IMG/VR virus record: IMGVR_UViG_3300030336_000001
DNA: 20,000 nucleotides
Reading direction: 5' to 3' (one strand)
Source of the DNA: an uncultured virus (IMG/VR IMGVR_UViG_3300030336_000001)
Taxonomy: Duplodnaviria > Heunggongvirae > Uroviricota > Caudoviricetes
Of the stretch, positions 15,269 through 20,000 are shown piece after piece (within the stretch, counting starts at the first letter, position 1; every line of letters begins with the position of its first letter). The translations under genes and the position numbers were made by a program. The notes beneath the pieces are model-generated. The model made no database searches, was not told where the DNA came from, and saw only the letters and a list, made by a program, of their open reading frames with translations.

Positions 15269-15472
15269 TTAGTATTCAGCGGACACCAGTACAAGATCGA
15301 GGGCTAACTCTGATGCTGTTACTGGCATGCGGCCAGTCACGAACACGAAGTCGTCAAGACACTCACTCAACCAGTCAAGCTCTACTTTGTTTGGTTGTCT
15401 ACCATTTGTCACGTTGGCCACATGGTACGGTATGTAGACAGACATCAGCCACCGTCGTTGCTCGTTCATCAT
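15269..15472 (-). CDS. Small protein, 'F....R[LM]P....E' family member
   Basis: QRRWLMSVYIPY ... FVFVTGRMPVTASEL; GAGGTG SD. Confidence 0.7.
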   Translation of the reverse strand: MMNEQRRWLMSVYIPYHVANVTNGRQPNKVELDWLSECLDDFVFVTGRMPVTASELALDLVLVSAEY

Positions 15473-15548
15473 GCACCTCAGTTGTAGGGGTTAGGGCGAT
15501 GGATGACAGAGGGGTGGGCGACTCACCCCTCACTCTGCTTGCTGGTGG

Positions 15549-16130
15549 TTACTCGTCAACCGGCTTGCTACCCACCATGATCAGGTTGCCACCGACCTGG
15601 ACCTTGACGGTGTGCTCACCAACCTTGACCTTGGCCTTGCCGTTGACGTTCCAACCGAAGCTGCCGGTGCTGAAGATCTTGAGTGTACCCTCGATCACGT
15701 CGCTGCCGATGACCACCACCACCTGGCAGGGGTACTCGATGAAGTCGTCAGCCGTGACTGGGCACACGTAGGCAGGATCCTTGGCACCCGGCTCGGACTT
15801 GGACTTGGGCTTGATGATCTCCGTACCACGCACCTCGACGTTGACCTTGCCGTTCACGTACCAGCCGAAGGAGCCGGTGCTGAACATCTTCGGGTCAGCC
15901 TCAAGGGGCTGGCCGTTGACCGTGACCGACACGTACTTGGCCAACTCGATGAACTGCTCTTCAGTCACCGGGCACTCCGTCTTCTTGTGCCCGTTGTCGT
16001 CGGCCTTCGCCTTGCCCTTGCCACCCTTGGCCTTGGCCTCTGGCTTGGACCCGACCACGATCAGGTTCATGCCGACCTGGACCTTCGCCTTGACCGTGCT
16101 GACCGTCGCCGCCGTGCTGGACTTCACCAT
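15549..16130 (-). CDS. Protein with a duplicated 'CPVT...K.FSTGSFGW.VNGK' beta domain
   Basis: Two clear internal repeats; AGGAG SD; strong G/C third-position codon bias. Confidence 0.85.
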   Translation of the reverse strand: MVKSSTAATVSTVKAKVQVGMNLIVVGSKPEAKAKGGKGKAKADDNGHKKTECPVTEEQFIELAKYVSVTVNGQPLEADPKMFSTGSFGWYVNGKVNVEVRGTEIIKPKSKSEPGAKDPAYVCPVTADDFIEYPCQVVVVIGSDVIEGTLKIFSTGSFGWNVNGKAKVKVGEHTVKVQVGGNLIMVGSKPVDE

Positions 16131-16319
16131 TGTAGACTCCTGGGGTCATGCCCCAACTGTGGGCCACTCAACATGAGTGACTCCGGTACTACCCTATGCC
16201 AGCCCCGACATGGGACTGTTGCCCGTTCACCCCAACGTGGAGGTGGGTAGTGTGGTGAACATATGGAGGGGCAGTGTCGTTATCACACCACCCCTACTCA
16301 TCAAGACTGCCACCCCAAC

Positions 16320-16347
16320 TTCATACCGTGCCAAACACAGGAGTCAA
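16320..16347 (-). promoter_or_regulatory. Possible sigma70-like promoter upstream of 15549..16130
   Basis: TTGACT, 16-nt spacer, TATGAA in a 320-bp intergenic region. Confidence 0.35.
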
Positions 16348-16449
16348 GGGCGTGACCCTGTGTCGGTACTCGGCTACCGTTACGCCACTGAGCTATGGTC
16401 TCCTGGTTGGGGTACGGGTTAGGGGCGATGGTTGGGCGTCGCTCGCTCA

Positions 16450-16752
16450 CTACTTGCAAGCCATCGCTTGCAGTTCGTGTTGCTTGGCTGGTGTGCACTG
16501 CCATCGGGTAACTGTGCACGCCTCATCAGCAGGTGCCACCACTTCGAGTGTCACTACCACACCTGCCGTCGGGTTGCTTCGGTAGTGTTGTACGGTGTCG
16601 TTGTACACTGGTATTACTACCTGCCTGTTGCCTTGGTACAGCGTAGAGTGGACCAGTGAGTTGGGCACACCGGGTATCGGTCGGGTGTATGACACCCTGT
16701 ACGTTCGGGGTGTGGTGCTGTTGCTGGTGCTGGGTTCGTAGTGCTTGGCCAT
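16450..16752 (-). CDS. Hypothetical early protein
   Basis: 100-aa ORF, TGAGGTG SD, Ser/Thr-rich N-terminus. Confidence 0.7.
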   Translation of the reverse strand: MAKHYEPSTSNSTTPRTYRVSYTRPIPGVPNSLVHSTLYQGNRQVVIPVYNDTVQHYRSNPTAGVVVTLEVVAPADEACTVTRWQCTPAKQHELQAMACK

Positions 16753-16817
16753 GTCGTCACCTCATGGGGTCAGGGGTTGGGGGTAGTGGGTGATACTGGG
16801 CGACTGTGTACGGTGCC

Positions 16818-18554
16818 TCACTTGCTGGCCTGTGCCTTGGCCAGGTACTCGGTGCCCTTGGCTGTGATGGTGAAGGTGATCACACCTGGGTTGTCAACGC
16901 TACCCTCACACTCGGTGGCCAGCCCCAAGGTGCACAGGCTATCGGGCTTGCCCTGACGCATCACAGCCGTCAGCTGGTTGTAGTACCCGGTGTGTGCCTC
17001 GATGCCACGGTAGGTCAGTGGCCGCTTGCCAGCCAGTGCCCTCAGGCACCGGTAGTGCACCACACTCAACCCCACCGCCTTGGCACACCGCTTGTCATCG
17101 GCCTGCTGTTGGGGGGTGTACTCGACCTTGGGTGCCTGTGGCTTGACCACCTGTGCCACCGGTGCCGGTGTAGCTGGCTGCTGTACCACCTCAAGCACCT
17201 CGACCACCGGCAGCGACTCGACCTGCACAGCCGATGTGGCAGGGGTGGTACCCTGTGCCAGCCACTCACGCAGTGCCCGTCGCATCACCCCACCGTCACG
17301 GTTGTCAACCGACAGCCCCACTGCCTTGCACGCCTTGGCCAAGGCACCCAGTGTGCCCTCGTCGATGGCTGCCTGCACTGTGGCCCTGTGGTCAACCGCC
17401 TTGGGTGCTGGCTTGGCCACTGGTGCCGGTGTTGGGGTAGCTGGTGCTGGCTTGGGTTGTGTGGGCTGCTGTACCGGTGCTGGTACAGGTGCTGCCTTGG
17501 GTGCCGGTGCCGGTGTGGCAGGGGCAGTACCCTCACTCGGCAGCCACGCTGCCAGGTCACGACTCACGGCTCGCAAGTGGTCGAGTGCATCACCCGACTG
17601 CACGGTGACGGTGTCGAGCAGTGCCATGCCTGCCTTGAGCAGCACGTACGCTGCCGCTGCCCTGTCGGCCCGCTTGGGCAGTGCCTTGGCTGCTGCCAGG
17701 TGGGCCTTGACCGCCTCGACCGTCAGCAGTGGGCTAGCCACTGTGGCCACTGGTGCCACAGCCGGTGTCGCTACCGGTGCTGGTGTGGGCTGTGTGCTGA
17801 CCGGCTTGTTGGACACCACCACTGGCCGCACCTCGCTGATGGGCACCTTCACTGGGGTGACCGCCTTCACCTCGGCAGGGGTGACCAGCGGCTGTACGGG
17901 CTGTACGGGCTGTGGCTTGGGCTGCACAGGTGCCGGTACCGGTGCTGGGGTGTTACTAACACTCGGTGCCACAGGGGGGGCGACTGGTGCCGGTGTGGCT
18001 GCCACTGGCTTGCCCACCAGTGCCTGACGCCGCTTGACCTCACAGCCAGCCTTGCGGCAGTACCCGCTGTTCAGGTACGCTGGGTTGCACTGCATGTTAC
18101 AACCGGTGCAACGGGGCAGTGTCGAAGCGGGGTACTCGTTGGTGCTGGTGCTGTTCGTCGTGGTCGTGGTCGTGCTGGTCATGTTCGCCTCGGTGGTTGG
18201 GGTGTTGATGGTCGTGTTGGTGGTGACGGTGACGCTTGGGGTGTTGGTGGCCTTGCTGCCCCACGCCTTGGGGGCAGGCTGCTTGACGGTGACGGTGCCT
18301 GCTACTACGCCACGCAGCAGGTCACGGCCTGTGCTACTCAGGCACAGGTACGCCAGGTGCTCACCACGCTTGACCGTGGGTTGCACCTCAACCAGCACGT
18401 ACCCACACTTGGCAAGTGCCTTGGCGGTGGTGTGGTGTACGGTGGCGTTGGGCAGGTCGGTGGTGTTGGTGACACGCAGGTTGGTGCGGTCGGCTGCCTG
18501 TAGCACAGCCAAGTGGGCTTGGGTGATGGTCAGGGTGGTGGTCGTGTCGCTCAT
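16818..18554 (-). CDS. Large Pro/Ala/Val/Thr-rich multidomain protein: N- and C-terminal winged-helix-like domains, Cys cluster, SAP/Rho-N-like motif
   Basis: AKALAKCGYV...LSSTGRDLL and SLCTLGLA...FTITAKGTEYL wHTH-type endings; CTGC..C....C...C; LAKACKAVGLSV....MRRALREWL. ATG 18554 has a TGAGG SD; an alternative GTG is at 18617. Confidence 0.75.
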   Translation of the reverse strand: MSDTTTTLTITQAHLAVLQAADRTNLRVTNTTDLPNATVHHTTAKALAKCGYVLVEVQPTVKRGEHLAYLCLSSTGRDLLRGVVAGTVTVKQPAPKAWGSKATNTPSVTVTTNTTINTPTTEANMTSTTTTTTNSTSTNEYPASTLPRCTGCNMQCNPAYLNSGYCRKAGCEVKRRQALVGKPVAATPAPVAPPVAPSVSNTPAPVPAPVQPKPQPVQPVQPLVTPAEVKAVTPVKVPISEVRPVVVSNKPVSTQPTPAPVATPAVAPVATVASPLLTVEAVKAHLAAAKALPKRADRAAAAYVLLKAGMALLDTVTVQSGDALDHLRAVSRDLAAWLPSEGTAPATPAPAPKAAPVPAPVQQPTQPKPAPATPTPAPVAKPAPKAVDHRATVQAAIDEGTLGALAKACKAVGLSVDNRDGGVMRRALREWLAQGTTPATSAVQVESLPVVEVLEVVQQPATPAPVAQVVKPQAPKVEYTPQQQADDKRCAKAVGLSVVHYRCLRALAGKRPLTYRGIEAHTGYYNQLTAVMRQGKPDSLCTLGLATECEGSVDNPGVITFTITAKGTEYLAKAQASK

Positions 18555-18613
18555 GGTACGCCTCATGGGTTGGGGGTGTAGTGTGCTCATCGTGTACGGG
18601 TTGGGGTTGTGTG

Positions 18614-18739
18614 TCACAGCCTACGCAGCAGGGTGCGTACCCTGTGCAGCAGTCGTGTCGGCAGGTAGTACACCTCATGCCACAGTCGGTGTAGTACGCT
18701 GGTGGTGTTGGTGCTGGGGGTGCTGGTACGGTTCGTCAT
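18614..18739 (-). CDS. 41-aa basic amphipathic peptide (MTNRTSTPSTNTTSVLHRLWHEVYYLPTRLLHRVRTLLRRL), not in the ORF track
   Basis: Translated by hand; TGAGG SD; Thr/Ser-rich start like its neighbours. Confidence 0.55.
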   Translation of the reverse strand: MTNRTSTPSTNTTSVLHRLWHEVYYLPTRLLHRVRTLLRRL

Positions 18740-18779
18740 GGTCATGCCTCACGGTAGGGGGTGTAGGGTGTACGGGTGC

Positions 18780-19067
18780 TCAGTTGCACAACCTGGGTGC
18801 CAGTGCCTCAACGCAGGGCACCTCACACTGCTGCTCATCACCAACGGCCATGTACAGCCGTGTCAAGCCGGTGTCACGGCAGCTGACCAGGGTGGCTACT
18901 ACCCACGTGCCGTTGTGTGCACAGGTGTAGCCCCTCACGTCGGTGTTGGTGTCAGGGTCGTACATGGGTGCACTGTACGTGCAGCCTGGCAGCTGTGCAA
19001 GCAGCAGGTCGTGCCACTCATCGGGTGTGGTGCTGGTGGTGCGTGTGGTGCTGGGGTGCTGGGTCAT
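18780..19067 (-). CDS. First gene after the early promoter (MTQHPSTT...), hypothetical
   Basis: ATG 19067 with a CGAGG SD. The longer 19310 start would run through the promoter. Confidence 0.7.
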   Translation of the reverse strand: MTQHPSTTRTTSTTPDEWHDLLLAQLPGCTYSAPMYDPDTNTDVRGYTCAHNGTWVVATLVSCRDTGLTRLYMAVGDEQQCEVPCVEALAPRLCN

Positions 19068-19089
19068 GGTACTGGTGCCTCGTGGTGGG

Positions 19090-19104
19090 GGTGTTAGTAA
19101 CACC
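19090..19104. promoter_or_regulatory. Palindrome GGTGTTAGTAACACC in the early leader, candidate operator
   Basis: 7+1+7 perfect inverted repeat; second copy GTGTTACTAACAC at 17950-17962. Confidence 0.55.
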
Positions 19105-19173
19105 GCCTCGTGCTTGTGTGCCCCACAGGTGGGTGGGGCTGCCAGCGGCGGGTTTTTTCCTCGCCTGTGATCC

Positions 19174-19201
19174 ATTATACCAAAAAATTTTTTTTTGTCA
19201 A
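19174..19201 (-). promoter_or_regulatory. Strong sigma70 early promoter
   Basis: TTGACA (19201-19196), 16-nt spacer ending in TGG, TATAAT (19179-19174); UP-like A/T tracts and two TTTGCGCAAA palindromes upstream. Confidence 0.9.
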
Positions 19202-19374
19202 GCATTTGCGCAAATTTTTGCGCAAAAATTTTTCGGCCCGTTGCCGCGCCCGCATTATGCGCGCGGGGCAACGCGCGGCCGGGCGCGCCATCCGCGCGTC
19301 CGCGCTCCATGCAAGCCCCAAGCTAGCCCGCGATCCAACGCGCGACAAACCACTCCGCGCAGGCGATCCATATG

Positions 19375-19760
19375 CCTGCTTGCAAGAGTGCTTGGCAGTC
19401 CGTGCTTGGGGCTTGCAAGCGTCGTTATGACGCTTGGGGCTTGCAAGTGTCATCGCTGACGCTTGGGACTGGGTGCTTGGTGCTTGCAACGTGCAGCTTG
19501 CAAGGGGGTGCTTGGCACTTGGCACTGGTGCTTGCGGCTTGCACGTTGGCACTGGCAAGTGCTGGCTTGCAGGTTGCAAGTGTGTGCTTGGGACTTGCCA
19601 GTTGGTGCTTGCAAGTACTGGCTTGGGACTTGCGGGTTGCGAGTTGCGGGTTGGCTCTTGCAAGTGCTGGCTTGGCAGTGCCAAGTGCCTGTTCGGGAGC
19701 CAGTGCTTGGTGCTTGGGAGTGTCATCGCTGGTACTTGCAAGTACCGGGTTGCAAGTCAG
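19375..19760. repeat. Non-coding array of short repeats built on the palindrome CTTGCAAG and on GTGCTTGG/GCTTGG
   Basis: About a dozen TTGCAAG-type copies; longer duplications GCTTGGGGCTTGCAAG (x2) and AGTGTCATCGCTG (x2). Confidence 0.85.
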
Positions 19761-20000
19761 GAGCCAGTGCTCTGGACTCGGTGTTTGGCAGTGCTGTTTG
19801 GTGCTGGACAGTGGGGACGTGCGAGTGGGGAGTGGGTGGTGCAACCCGAGAACCAGCACTTGGTACTCCCAACCCGGTACTCCCAAGCACCACACACGCG
19901 TAGCACTGGAGCACCCAAGCCCTCCCCCCTGGTGCCTTGCGTGTAGGGGGCATTCATGCCGCGACGTGGGGGGAACCTCCCGATCCGGGATAAAATTTAC

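Noticed and set aside
16340..16403. tRNA-like TAGCTCAGTGG on the minus strand
   Set aside because: No T-arm (GTTCRA), matching acceptor stem or CCA downstream.
16806..18930. Long plus-strand ORFs (565, 315 and 298 aa)
   Set aside because: Antisense shadows of the Pro/Ala/Thr-rich minus-strand gene. The biased composition lowers stop frequency, the translations are Cys/Gly/Val low-complexity text, and SDs and the promoter point to the minus strand.
19068..19310. N-terminal extension of ORF 18780..19310
   Set aside because: It spans the consensus promoter and A/T tracts; ATG 19067 has its own SD.
19375..19760. Possible CRISPR array
   Set aside because: Repeats are only 7-16 bp, irregularly spaced, with no unique spacers of constant length.
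19175..19957. Multiple overlapping ORFs on both strands
   Set aside because: They are translations of the CTTGCAAG repeat field, lack convincing SDs, and some run across the promoter.

Overview
A 20-kb piece of a dsDNA bacteriophage (or prophage) genome in which essentially every credible gene is on the minus strand. In transcription order (right to left) it has: a non-coding repeat-rich block (about 19.2-20 kb); a near-consensus sigma70 promoter (TTGACA-16-TATAAT, 19174-19201); an early region of roughly 30 mostly small hypothetical genes, including a Pro/Ala/Thr-rich protein with two wHTH-like domains, a four-member paralog family, an acidic DNA-mimic candidate, an HNH nuclease and a UvrD/Rep helicase; a second promoter (6059-6087); and a DNA-metabolism module (ParB/DGQHR-like protein, RuvC-like resolvase, family-4 uracil-DNA glycosylase, CsrA-like regulator, PD-(D/E)XK exonuclease, Sak4-like AAA ATPase, start of a probable SSB). 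The most unusual signals are at the sequence level. (1) A 2.5-kb promoter-proximal segment almost completely lacks AGA/TCT, GGA/TCC, AAA/TTT and AAT/ATT on both strands. (2) The 9-mer TCTCTGGAG, which contains two of those avoided triplets, occurs 9 times elsewhere in the window. (3) A 100-nt four-way-junction RNA candidate ends in ACCA. (4) A UCGCCC motif recurs in seven early-gene leaders. All calls come from manual motif reading and counting; no database search was run.
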